Assembly (NCBI GenBank): GCA_963719085.1
Contig: CAVRAL010000004.1
Span: 544,001 to 608,000 of the forward strand
Length of the DNA: 64,000 nt
DNA from: a candidate division FCPU426 bacterium
Lineage (GTDB): Bacteria > Oederibacteriota > Muellerivitia > Muellerivitales > Muellerivitaceae
Direction of reading: 5' to 3'
How positions within the stretch are numbered: position 1 is the first letter of the stretch; every line of letters starts with the position of its first letter. The notes under the pieces were generated by a model, which was given only the letters and a program-made list of their open reading frames with translations, had not been told where the DNA came from and did no database searches. The translations under genes were made by a program, and so were the position numbers. Of this stretch, positions 1-8,878 are shown one piece after another.

Positions 1-433
1 ATAAATTCATCTGGAGATAAACGCTGCCGAGCACCCGATCGCCCTGCGTAACAGGGGAAAAAATTTCCAAATGCCCGTTCCGATAGCCCGAGGCTCCCGG
101 TCCCGCGGGGAAAGCGCGGTCCGCCGCTTGAGCCGGATACTTGGCGAAAATTTTTCCCTGATTGTCATAAAGACAAGCGGCCACCATGCGGTTATCGGTT
201 TTAAGCGCGCTCAACACTTCCGTGGCGTCGGCCTCATTTTGAAAAGCCAGCGACGCCGTGGAATTGGCGGCGATAATTTGAGCCCGCGTTGTATAGGACA
301 AAAGCATGTTTTTATGCAGGGTGATGAATTCATAGGTCATAAAACTCACGCAAGTCAATATTAGCACCGCGCCGCTGGTCAACAAGTTGACCAGCATCAG
401 TTTTCGCCTAATCGGCAGGTCTTGTAGCCGCAT
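1..433 (-). CDS. CHASE8-type membrane sensor protein (histidine kinase or YfiN-like cyclase), N-terminal part; runs off the window edge
   Basis: Not in ORF track. My translation from ATG 433: MRLQDLPIRRKLMLVNLLTSGAVLILTCVSFMTYE...IIAANSTASLAFQNEADATEVLSAL...ACLYDNQGKIFAKY, open to position 1; starts 2 nt after the YfiR-like stop. Confidence 0.8.
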   Translation of the reverse strand, partial: MRLQDLPIRRKLMLVNLLTSGAVLILTCVSFMTYEFITLHKNMLLSYTTRAQIIAANSTASLAFQNEADATEVLSALKTDNRMVAACLYDNQGKIFAKYPAQAADRAFPAGPGASGYRNGHLEIFSPVTQGDRVLGSVYLQMNL

Positions 434-435
434 AA

Positions 436-1014
436 TTAGTCCCCTCCCGGCTTGACGATTTCAGCCAACCGAAGCACCTGGGAACTAATAACCAGATTCA
501 CGTTTTTAGCCGCGTCCAAATCAATCCGAAAGTGGATCTTATTTTCTTCGGTGACAAAGCGGATGATGCCCCCGCTTTTGAGGAATCCTTCCATGTCGCC
601 CACGGTCAGGATATTTCGACCCTTCACCGCGTCCAGGATTTCACCTAACTGGGCGCTTTCGGAGCGGCTGACGAAAAGAATTTGACAGTCTTTGACATCC
701 CCAACACTGGCGTAACGTTGGATCACCAGCGGATGACCCCCTATGTTTTCACCCCGCACCGTTTCGTCCAGAAAACCATCAAAAGGATCGTCGCCCAAAA
801 TGCCGATGCGAAAGGGCTCATCGGCGCGGGCGAAGGCGGCGGAGGGCCATTGGACGAATTGGGCGAAGTTAAATAAAAAGAGCGCCTTGATTTGATATTC
901 CCGGGAGATCTCGGCTTGCGCGCAGGGGGGCTTGGCGCCCGCGCAAGCCAAGACGAGCCAAACCAACCCCGCCCGAAACGCCCAACGCCGGCTGAAGGAG
1001 ATCAAAATTGGCAT
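436..1014 (-). CDS. YfiR family (DUF4154) periplasmic protein
   Basis: EYQIKALFLFNFAQFVQWP, IGILGDDPF, CQILFVS, ILTVGD, GGIIRF, ISSQVLRLA; start trimmed to MPILISF, overlapping the receptor stop. Confidence 0.88.
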   Translation of the reverse strand: MPILISFSRRWAFRAGLVWLVLACAGAKPPCAQAEISREYQIKALFLFNFAQFVQWPSAAFARADEPFRIGILGDDPFDGFLDETVRGENIGGHPLVIQRYASVGDVKDCQILFVSRSESAQLGEILDAVKGRNILTVGDMEGFLKSGGIIRFVTEENKIHFRIDLDAAKNVNLVISSQVLRLAEIVKPGGD

Positions 1015-3134
1015 GTGATCTTTCCATAACCACTGCGCTGGATTTCTTCTTGCCCGGAACCGGGAGTTCCACCTTCCAGGTGCTGATCTTGCAAAAGATT
1101 CTGTCCGGCGAGGGAAATTTCGATATCCCGGGTCACGCGCCAACCCAAGCGCAGGTCCAGTTCGGCGTAGCTGGGAATCATCTGGGGCGCGGTGGCGCCG
1201 ATACCCCCGTTTTTAACCGAATCAATCCAGCGGAAATCCGCGTCCAGTTCCACTTGTCCCGGCAAATCCATGGAAGAGCGCAAAAAGACCTGATTCAAGG
1301 GGTCGGCTGTTTCAGCCAAGCCATTCGACAAGTCCACTTGTCCCGGCGCGATCCAAATCGTCTCCTGGATCAGGTCATAGCCGCTGTGCAGCCTCCACCC
1401 CTCGGAAAGCTGATAATCGGCCGTGAATTCAACCCCGTAAGTTTGCGCCCTCAGGTCGTTGGAGAAGAAAAGCGGCACCAGGGTAATGGGCGTAAAATCC
1501 AAGCTGCGCAAATCACTGTAATTGTTAAAAAAAGTCGAAATGGAAGTGGAAAACCTGGAGTCCAATTCGGCCCGGTAGCCCAATTCATAGGCGATGACGG
1601 TTTCCGATTGAAAAGTGGAATTGTTGCCCAAAAAAGTTCCGTAGGCGGGGCTCGGCTCCAATAAATCCCGGTCATAACGCGCCGGCATGCGGACCGCCCT
1701 GGAAACCGCCGCCCAGAGCATCTGCTTGTCCGTCAAGTCCCACCGGATCCGTCCGCTGGGCTCAAACTCATATCCGGTATAATCGTTGTGTTCGACCTTG
1801 CTCCCCAGCGTGAGCGCGATATCCCCTCCAAATTTGATCTCGTCCTGGATAAATCCGCTGAATAGATTTAAATCCAAAGTATTCGGCGTAAAAGCCACAA
1901 CCGGCGCGTCGACCACTTCGTCATTCGTGAATCGATATCCCAATCCCCAAACGAGGTGGTTCCCCGCATCCAGGGCAAAGCGGTCCTGGAAATCCAAATC
2001 GATCGTGTCCAGATCATCAAAAAGAGGGCCCGCCGGAGCGCTAAAAGCCGCGCTGGCTTGGAAAGGGACGACCATGTTGGTCCGGTCATAATAGGCCTGC
2101 AGGCTCAAGTCATCGTCGTCCGCGAAAGTCCGCGTCCAGCGGGCCAATAAGTTCCCGCCCGTGCTGATGCCCTGGTAATTAGGGCTTCCCTCGCCCCCAG
2201 GCGTCGACTGGCTGTTGCCTCCATAAATGTCGCCCTGTAAGGTAAACCTATCCGGCGAGGAATCCTCCTGATCAATACGAAATCCACCCTGCCCTTTGTT
2301 CCAGGAATCTTGGGCGCTGGTGCCGTCGGAATACACTTCAGGCCCCTCGTTAAAATATTTTCCATAAACACGGTAATAAACATTGGGAGCCAAAGTGCCG
2401 CCGTAACGGGCGGCGACGAAATCCTGCGGTTGCGTTCCCCCGCCGCCCTCCACGTAGGCACCCTGTGTGTCTTTCGCGCTTTTACTGATGATGTTGATGA
2501 CGCCATTGACCGCGTTGGCGCCCCACAGGGTTCCCCCAGGACCGCTGATGACCTCAATTCGATCCAGATCCGCCATCAAGTAATCCTGGTTTCCCCAAAT
2601 GACGCCAGCGAAAAGCGGCGTATAAATACTACGCCCATCCATTAAAACCAGAAGTTTGTTGCTGACGGAGGAATTAAACCCACGGGCGCTGATCTGCCAA
2701 CCCGCGGAACTAATTTGGGCCACATCCAAATTGTCCGCCAGCCGCAGCGCCTCCGGGATGTCGAAAGCGCCTGAACGGCGAATTTCATCGTTGGTAATGA
2801 CGTCAATGGCCGCCGGTGCCTGTAAATAGGGTTGGGGTTGTTTCGCCACCGAAGTGACGTCCAAATCCATCAATTGTTCCAAGCTCAATTTTTTCAATTC
2901 ACTGGCGGGTGATTCCGTGTCCTGGACAGTGGAAGCCTCGCTGGCTGTCTGGGTTTGGGGAATCGAATTTGTCTTCACGCCCGGACTAGACGGCGGGGGC
3001 ACCGGAGTCGGCGTGAGCGACGCCGTTTGCGCGAAAGGACGGCCAATAAAAAGAAAAAAAGCGATGACAGCCAGTCCCGCCACCTGCCCCATCGGTCGTT
3101 TCCGAATGAGGCCGGCCGGGGAATAATTCGTCAT
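1002..3134 (-). CDS. TonB-dependent receptor
   Basis: Plug motifs LSLEQLMDLDVTSVAK, AAIDVIT, LVLMDGRSIY, DRIEVISGPGGTLWGANAVNGVINIISK; C-terminal Phe; start uncertain (3134 or 3092). Confidence 0.9.
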   Translation of the reverse strand: MTNYSPAGLIRKRPMGQVAGLAVIAFFLFIGRPFAQTASLTPTPVPPPSSPGVKTNSIPQTQTASEASTVQDTESPASELKKLSLEQLMDLDVTSVAKQPQPYLQAPAAIDVITNDEIRRSGAFDIPEALRLADNLDVAQISSAGWQISARGFNSSVSNKLLVLMDGRSIYTPLFAGVIWGNQDYLMADLDRIEVISGPGGTLWGANAVNGVINIISKSAKDTQGAYVEGGGGTQPQDFVAARYGGTLAPNVYYRVYGKYFNEGPEVYSDGTSAQDSWNKGQGGFRIDQEDSSPDRFTLQGDIYGGNSQSTPGGEGSPNYQGISTGGNLLARWTRTFADDDDLSLQAYYDRTNMVVPFQASAAFSAPAGPLFDDLDTIDLDFQDRFALDAGNHLVWGLGYRFTNDEVVDAPVVAFTPNTLDLNLFSGFIQDEIKFGGDIALTLGSKVEHNDYTGYEFEPSGRIRWDLTDKQMLWAAVSRAVRMPARYDRDLLEPSPAYGTFLGNNSTFQSETVIAYELGYRAELDSRFSTSISTFFNNYSDLRSLDFTPITLVPLFFSNDLRAQTYGVEFTADYQLSEGWRLHSGYDLIQETIWIAPGQVDLSNGLAETADPLNQVFLRSSMDLPGQVELDADFRWIDSVKNGGIGATAPQMIPSYAELDLRLGWRVTRDIEISLAGQNLLQDQHLEGGTPGSGQEEIQRSGYGKITCQF

Positions 3135-3481
3135 ATTTTCAGGGTTTTTTAACATTCGCCTATCAATTTGATTCGGCCGCGATGAGTTGACCGGCATTCC
3201 AATCACCTCGGAACCCATCCCGGCGGGATAAGTGTGATTAAATTCGATAACTATTTTATCCTTATGATTTAGAAAGGGTTTCGACTTTCTGGATTGAATC
3301 TCAAAAAAATTCGACTTGGCCACATTCAGGGCTGTTTTTTGGGTAAATTTTTCCCACTTTTGAGACCCGTTTCCCTTTTGTAACCTGGGGACGCTGGAGT
3401 GACCCGATAAAAAAGCGAGTCCTCGTTTTTTGGAATTTTCACTTTACTATTAAGTCAAGCACTCAAGAAAGGCGGTTCGCG

Positions 3482-4327
3482 ATGGAAAACTTCCGCAAAG
3501 TCACTCAAATCATCCGGGGGATGGATACCTCGGACGGCGCCGGGGTCAAACTTAAACGCGTCCTGGGCTCGCCCGAGCTCGATAGGCTGGATCCTTTTCT
3601 TCTCTTGGATGAATTCAAGAACGACAACCCGGACGATTACGCCGCCGGTTTTCCCGACCATCCCCACCGGGGATTTGAAACGATCACTTATATGATGGCG
3701 GGTGAATTCACCCATCGGGATTCCAAAGGACACGAGGGCCATTTGAAGGCGGGCTCCATCCAATGGATGACCGCGGGGCGCGGCCTGATCCATAGCGAGA
3801 TGCCCGAGCAAACCGACGGCCTGGCCTGGGGTTACCAGCTTTGGTTGAACCTGCCGGCCAAATACAAAATGGTGGAACCCAAATACCAGGACATCAGTTC
3901 GGAAAAACTTCCCGTGGTGGAAAAAAACGGCGCGCGGGTAAAAATTATGGCCGGCGAATACCAGGGAGCCAAAAGCCCGGGACAATCTTTTATTCCCTTT
4001 TCTTATTTTGACGTGGAGCTGAAGCCCGGCGCGGTCTTCACGATTCCCACGCCCGCCGACCAAAACAGTTTCATTTATGTTTTTCAGGGCAAGGCCAAGA
4101 CCGGTGGAACCGACGAGCCCTCTTACGTTAAAACCGGATATCTCGGGGTTTTCGGCGAAGGCGGTTCGATTCGGGTTGAAGCGGCCGACGCGGAACCCGT
4201 CCGGTTCCTTTTCGCTTCCGCTCAGAAGATCGGGGAACCGGTGGCCCGGGGCGGGCCTTTTGTGATGAACACCGTGGGCGAACTCAAAAAGGCCATGTTG
4301 GACTATCAAACGGGGAATTTCGGCTGA
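3482..4327 (+). CDS. Pirin family protein
   Basis: DPFLLLDEF, GFPDHPHRGFETITY, QWMTAGRGLIHSEMP, GPFVMNT. Confidence 0.95.
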   Translation: MENFRKVTQIIRGMDTSDGAGVKLKRVLGSPELDRLDPFLLLDEFKNDNPDDYAAGFPDHPHRGFETITYMMAGEFTHRDSKGHEGHLKAGSIQWMTAGRGLIHSEMPEQTDGLAWGYQLWLNLPAKYKMVEPKYQDISSEKLPVVEKNGARVKIMAGEYQGAKSPGQSFIPFSYFDVELKPGAVFTIPTPADQNSFIYVFQGKAKTGGTDEPSYVKTGYLGVFGEGGSIRVEAADAEPVRFLFASAQKIGEPVARGGPFVMNTVGELKKAMLDYQTGNFG

Positions 4328-4480
4328 AGCTTGGGGTGAAGACCGGTGGAATTCGCTCTGAGGGGCCCTATACTGGGGCGGCTCCCGGTTAAGGATCCGA
4401 TTTGTCCCGTTAACCGCTTCGAGGCAACGGGACGGCGGACCCGTTTACTAACAATTTTGCGGAGAGGTTCCTTGATCCCC

Positions 4481-5248
4481 GTGCCAAGCCACCCCATTAA
4501 ACGATCCATTCTCTTTTCGCTTTTTGGGATTCTTTTAGGCTTCGGCGCGCCGCTGGGCGCTTTGGCGCTGCTGTGGTTTTCTCCCCACCCTTCGCTTCAA
4601 TTGCCTTCGTTTATCGTGGACGAATGGCGGGATCATCTTTTCTTTTTCACCTATATGTTGGCCGGTACCAGCCTTTCTTTTGGTCTTTTTGGTTTTTTTC
4701 TCGGGCGGGACGCCGACCTGATTGGGCGGCAAAACCGGCGGCTGACGGATCAAGTTTTGACGGACCCGCTGACCGGCTTGGGCAACCACCGTTTTTTGCA
4801 TGAAATTTTCAAAACCGAAATCAAACGACAAGCCGCCGACCCTAAACCCTTATCCTGTTTCATGATGGATTTGGATCATTTCAAACGGGTCAATGACACT
4901 TACGGCCATCCTTTCGGGGATGAGGTGCTGCAAGGTTTAGCCCAGCGGATCCGGGAATCTTTAAGGCCCGGGGATTACGCGGCCCGCTATGGGGGCGAGG
5001 AATTTCTTTGCCTGTTGCCCAATTGTGACGCCATTGCCGCCGGAACCGTCGCCGAACGGCTTCGCGCCAACGTCGAAAAACACCCTTTTTTTAAAGGCGT
5101 CGAAAGGATTCCGATTACGATCAGCATCGGCCTGGCGACGCGGACCGATCCTTCTTCGGATTATCAAGCCCTCATCAACCAAGCCGACCGGGCCCTTTAT
5201 CAAGCCAAGAATAAGGGCCGAAACCGGGTGGAATCGGTCACCGACTAA
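4481..5248 (+). CDS. Membrane-anchored diguanylate cyclase (GGDEF domain)
   Basis: Two hydrophobic helices, then TDPLTGLGN, DLDHFKRVNDTYGH, RxxD I-site (RPGD) and GGEEF; GTG start after GGAGAGG is inferred. Confidence 0.9.
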   Translation: MPSHPIKRSILFSLFGILLGFGAPLGALALLWFSPHPSLQLPSFIVDEWRDHLFFFTYMLAGTSLSFGLFGFFLGRDADLIGRQNRRLTDQVLTDPLTGLGNHRFLHEIFKTEIKRQAADPKPLSCFMMDLDHFKRVNDTYGHPFGDEVLQGLAQRIRESLRPGDYAARYGGEEFLCLLPNCDAIAAGTVAERLRANVEKHPFFKGVERIPITISIGLATRTDPSSDYQALINQADRALYQAKNKGRNRVESVTD

Positions 5249-5504
5249 ACCCGGTTTCACCGCCAAGACGCCAAGAGGGTCTCCAAAATATTTAGAAGCT
5301 TCAAAATTTAACATTTTGAATGTTTTCTTCGCGTCTTGCGCCGCCCCTCTTTAAAAATAATGTGAGGGCGGTATGTCCCGCTTGGTTGGGCCGCAAAGGG
5401 CCAGCGGGAGCGGTGAAATGTTTAAGCTGTGGCTTTTTACTCCTCTAGCGCCTTCATCCCCTTGAATCTCAATGGCTTTTCTTCCGATATTTCCATGGAA
5501 CGAA

Positions 5505-5532
5505 GGAACTATCGACTTAAAAGGGGTTCTAC
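5505..5532 (+). promoter_or_regulatory. Putative ECF (sigmaE-like) promoter of the HtrA-like gene
   Basis: GGAACT-N16-TTCTAC ending 3 nt before ATG 5536; no SD. Confidence 0.4.
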
Positions 5533-5535
5533 GCC

Positions 5536-6582
5536 ATGCGGCCTTATTCTTTTCTCTCCAATGACAATCTTCCGGCCCTGCAAAACGAAAAGCGGGACTT
5601 GGTTCCTTATGACAACGAGGGCCTTTTGGACGCCTATTCCAGCGCGGTCATTTACGCCTCCGAAAAGGTGTCGCCCTCCGTGGTCAATATCGATGTGTTC
5701 CAAAAAGGCCGAGGCCGAAGAGCGGCCGGCGATTCCCTTCACCGGGCGGGAAGCGGCTCGGGCTTTTTATTCACACCTGACGGCTTTATCTTGACCAACA
5801 GCCATGTGGTGCATGGCGCGTCCGAGATGGAAGTCACTCTGTTGGATGGGCAATCCCATCACGCCCGGATTATCGGCGAGGATCCGGATTCGGACCTGGC
5901 GGTGATTCGCGTGGACGTTCAGGGTTTAAAACCCGCGGCCCTCGGCCATTCCCAGAACCTCAAGGTCGGCCAGCTGGTGGTGGCCATCGGAAGTCCATTG
6001 GGATTTCAAACGACCGTCACCGCCGGCGTGGTATCCGCTTTGGGAAGGTCGCTTCGCTCCCAGTCCGGCCGGCTCATCGACAATATCATCCAAACCGACG
6101 CGGCCTTAAACCCGGGCAACTCGGGGGGGCCCTTGGTCAATTCACGCGGCGAGGTCGTGGGCGTCAACACGGCCACCATCATGGCGGCCCAAGGTTTGTG
6201 CTTTGCCATCGCCATCGATACGGCCCAGCGGGTGGCCATGCAATTGATGCGGTACGGCAAAGTCCGCCGCAGTTTTATCGGCATAGGCGGCCAGGACATC
6301 GACCTGCCCCGCCGCGCGGTTCGCCATTTTGATTTGAAAACCGAGAAGGGCGTGCTGGTGGTGGCGATTGAGCCCAATGGCCCGGCCGAAAGGGCCGGAC
6401 TTCAAGAACGGGACATCATTATCGAACTTGAGAATCAGCCCCTTCGAGGCATGGACGATTTACACCGGCTCTTGAGCGACGAACGGGTCGGAATCCCGAC
6501 TTCCCTGGCCCTCATCCGCCGTTCCGAGCGGTTGGACCTCCAGGTGATCCCTTTAGAATCCACAAAAACGAGTTCCCGTTAA
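5536..6582 (+). CDS. HtrA/DegQ-like trypsin serine protease with one PDZ domain, no evident signal peptide
   Basis: Triad TNSHVV / DSDLAV / GNSGGPL, IQTDAALN, PDZ GPAERAGLQERDII. Confidence 0.93.
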   Translation: MRPYSFLSNDNLPALQNEKRDLVPYDNEGLLDAYSSAVIYASEKVSPSVVNIDVFQKGRGRRAAGDSLHRAGSGSGFLFTPDGFILTNSHVVHGASEMEVTLLDGQSHHARIIGEDPDSDLAVIRVDVQGLKPAALGHSQNLKVGQLVVAIGSPLGFQTTVTAGVVSALGRSLRSQSGRLIDNIIQTDAALNPGNSGGPLVNSRGEVVGVNTATIMAAQGLCFAIAIDTAQRVAMQLMRYGKVRRSFIGIGGQDIDLPRRAVRHFDLKTEKGVLVVAIEPNGPAERAGLQERDIIIELENQPLRGMDDLHRLLSDERVGIPTSLALIRRSERLDLQVIPLESTKTSSR

Positions 6583-6637
6583 AATATCGACCGGCTTAGG
6601 GTCGACAGGGGCACAGATGCAATCGGTTCAGGGGCCG

Positions 6638-6652
6638 TGTTAAACTAGCCCC
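6638..6652 (+). promoter_or_regulatory. Extended -10 promoter, leaderless-type, for the ECF sigma gene
   Basis: TGtTAAACT followed by 6 nt and ATG 6653; no SD. Confidence 0.45.
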
Positions 6653-7348
6653 ATGAACGCCGCCTCTTCTTTCGCGCCCACCCTTAACTTCCCGGGGAAC
6701 CTTTTGCCCCGGTGGGTGTCTTATGGATTGGGAATCCTTTGGGCCGCTGTTTCAGAAGGAACTTCCAAGCCAACCCGTGAAGCCGATCGCCGCCTCGTCA
6801 CGGACGCCTTAAGCGGAGACCCCGGATTTGAGCGTTTGGTGAAGGCTTATGAAACCATGGTTTACCGAACCGCTTTTCGCTATTTGGGACAGGAGGCCGA
6901 CGCCCTGGATGTGACCCAGGAGGTTTTCATCCGGGTCCATAAATCACTCTCGAAATTCAGGGGGGACAGCTCGCTTTCGACTTGGATCTACGCCATTACG
7001 GCCAACCTGTCCAAGAACGCTTTAAGGTCCAAGAAAAACCGGGGCAAACTTCACATTTTGGCTCCCGCCGGGGAAAACGAGTCCGCCAAAGATTGGCTGG
7101 AAAAAGCGCCCGAATCCGAGTCCCAATGGGCATCCCGTTTGGCCGAAAGCCATGAGTTTCAAAAACGTTTCCAAAAAGCCTTGGACCGTTTGCCCGCGGA
7201 CTATAAGGAAGCGGTTGTTTTGCGGGACCTGGAAGATTTAGATTACGAAAAAATCGCCGCGGTTTTAAAAACAGGATTAGGAACGGTGAAATCGAGAATC
7301 GCCCGGGGCCGGGCGCTTTTGCGGGATCAATTAAAGGATTGGTTATGA
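6653..7348 (+). CDS. ECF RNA polymerase sigma factor (RpoE-like)
   Basis: Region 2 DALDVTQEVFIRV...FRGDSSLSTWIYAI; region 4 EAVVLRDLEDLDYEKIA...GTVKSRIARGR. Confidence 0.93.
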   Translation: MNAASSFAPTLNFPGNLLPRWVSYGLGILWAAVSEGTSKPTREADRRLVTDALSGDPGFERLVKAYETMVYRTAFRYLGQEADALDVTQEVFIRVHKSLSKFRGDSSLSTWIYAITANLSKNALRSKKNRGKLHILAPAGENESAKDWLEKAPESESQWASRLAESHEFQKRFQKALDRLPADYKEAVVLRDLEDLDYEKIAAVLKTGLGTVKSRIARGRALLRDQLKDWL

Positions 7349-8427
7349 AAAGCTGTTCGAAAATTCATCCCTGGCTGTCTTTGGAAGCCGAAGGCGCGCT
7401 TTCGTCCCGGGACCAGAAAAAAGTCCAGACCCATTTGCGCGACTGTGCCGATGCCCGCAAAGAATTGGCCTCTTATAAAAGGCTGAGGCGGACCCTCCGG
7501 GCCTTGCCCGAACCGAAGGAACCAGGGAATCTGCACGAAAAGATCATGACCCGTCTTCACCAAAAAAAGTCCGGTAAAAGTGAAAATCTCTTCCACTTCC
7601 GTCCCCTTTGGCCCGCCGCGGTAGCCGCCGCCACAGCCGTTTTCTTTTTTATCCAGTATCCCAACTGGCAAGACCGGCTGACTTCGCAATCCAAAACCGC
7701 TTCGGTCAAAACCAATCTTCCAGTCGCGAAAAAAGTCACGAGCGATAAAAAGTCAGAGACAAACCTTCAGTCCCCGCCGAAAGCCGCAGCCTTCGCCCCG
7801 GTTCCTCAGGCGGATGTTCGGGAAATGGTTGCCACGCGGTCAAACGATGAGTCGGCCGACGCTTCTTTGAATTCCAACCTCTTAGCCGGTGGCGCCCCGC
7901 AGGGCGCGGCGGCGTCCTCGGGCTTAGTCTCTAAAACCGAACGAAAAAGAATGGCCCTTAAAACCCAACCAGCGGCTCCCGCCATGGCCATGGCACAAAC
8001 CAATTCTTTAGACGCCATGCAACAAGGCGCCTCAGCCGCGCCGGCGGCCCAAAGGGATTTGGAGTCCGCGGCGGTTTCGCTTTGGAGCGGTGATCAAGAC
8101 ACTCACACCCCCATCGCCCAACAAACCTTGATCACGGACGAGGCTTCTTTTGAAACAGTCTGGAACAATTTGGAACCGGGCAAACCGGTGCCAACTGTTG
8201 ATTTCAGCGCGCAAGCGGTTGTCTTTTTGGAAGCGGGTCTTGAGCCCAACGCCGGTTACAAGGTGCAGGTTTTACAAATGGAAGACAAACCGAATCATTT
8301 AGTCATTCATTGGGAGGACATGAAACCCAGTCCGGACGCTTTGACTTCCCAAGTGGTGACCTATCCTTGGGTTTTGCAAGTCATTGACAAACCCTCAAAA
8401 CCGGTGTCTTTCACCGAGGACGAATAA
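7345..8427 (+). CDS. Anti-sigma factor: zf-HC2-like N-terminus, one TM helix, low-complexity linker, C-terminal PrcB_C-like domain
   Basis: ATGA overlap with sigma stop; MKSC...HLRDCADAR; TM WPAAVAAATAVFFFI; VDFSAQAVVFLEAG..NAGYKVQV...QVVTYPWVL. Confidence 0.82.
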   Translation: MKSCSKIHPWLSLEAEGALSSRDQKKVQTHLRDCADARKELASYKRLRRTLRALPEPKEPGNLHEKIMTRLHQKKSGKSENLFHFRPLWPAAVAAATAVFFFIQYPNWQDRLTSQSKTASVKTNLPVAKKVTSDKKSETNLQSPPKAAAFAPVPQADVREMVATRSNDESADASLNSNLLAGGAPQGAAASSGLVSKTERKRMALKTQPAAPAMAMAQTNSLDAMQQGASAAPAAQRDLESAAVSLWSGDQDTHTPIAQQTLITDEASFETVWNNLEPGKPVPTVDFSAQAVVFLEAGLEPNAGYKVQVLQMEDKPNHLVIHWEDMKPSPDALTSQVVTYPWVLQVIDKPSKPVSFTEDE

Positions 8428-8438
8428 CCGAAACTGGT

Positions 8439-8648
8439 TTATTTTTTAACCCATCGTTTCAAAGCCACCAACGACCAAATAGCCTCTACCAACCCAAAAG
8501 GCCAGGCGCCCTGCAAAAATCCATAAATGGATCCTAGGACACAGGCTCCGGCGAAACCCAAAATGAACCATCGATTACGATTTTCAAACGCGTAACAAAA
8601 CATCATGGCGGAGACGGCGAATAATCCAAATAGTGTTAATCCGTTCAC
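8439..8648 (-). CDS. Small membrane protein (hypothetical)
   Basis: 69 aa, mostly hydrophobic, GFLQGAWPFGLVEAIW; GTGA-coupled to the upstream zinc-ribbon ORF. Confidence 0.75.
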   Translation of the reverse strand: MNGLTLFGLFAVSAMMFCYAFENRNRWFILGFAGACVLGSIYGFLQGAWPFGLVEAIWSLVALKRWVKK

Positions 8649-8809
8649 TCATCCCGTCCTTGGCGGCGGCGATCCCGGGCCTTTTCCTTGCCGCCCATCA
8701 TGCGGGCTCCCCCGCACTTCGGACACACGAACTTGCGCTTCTTATGCGCCACATGGGCCATTTCCCGCATCTTGATCTTGCATCGCCTGCAAAACATTCA
8801 GCCTCCCCA
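8645..8809 (-). CDS. Small basic zinc-ribbon protein (54 aa), missed by ORF track
   Basis: MGRLNVCRRCKIKMREMAHVAHKKRKFVCPKCGGARMMGGKEKARDRRRQGRDE*; two CxxC pairs; stop overlaps the next start. Confidence 0.7.
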
Positions 8810-8878
8810 TTCTGTACGATTTGCGAACCATTAAATTTGATGTAGTTAGAATAAAAACACGCTGACAGATAATAATGT

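Noticed and set aside
5255..5350. Degenerate ACCGCCAAGACGCCAAG...CTTCGCGTCTTGCG palindrome as an ncRNA
   Set aside because: Single imperfect copy in the window; more likely a decayed intergenic palindrome
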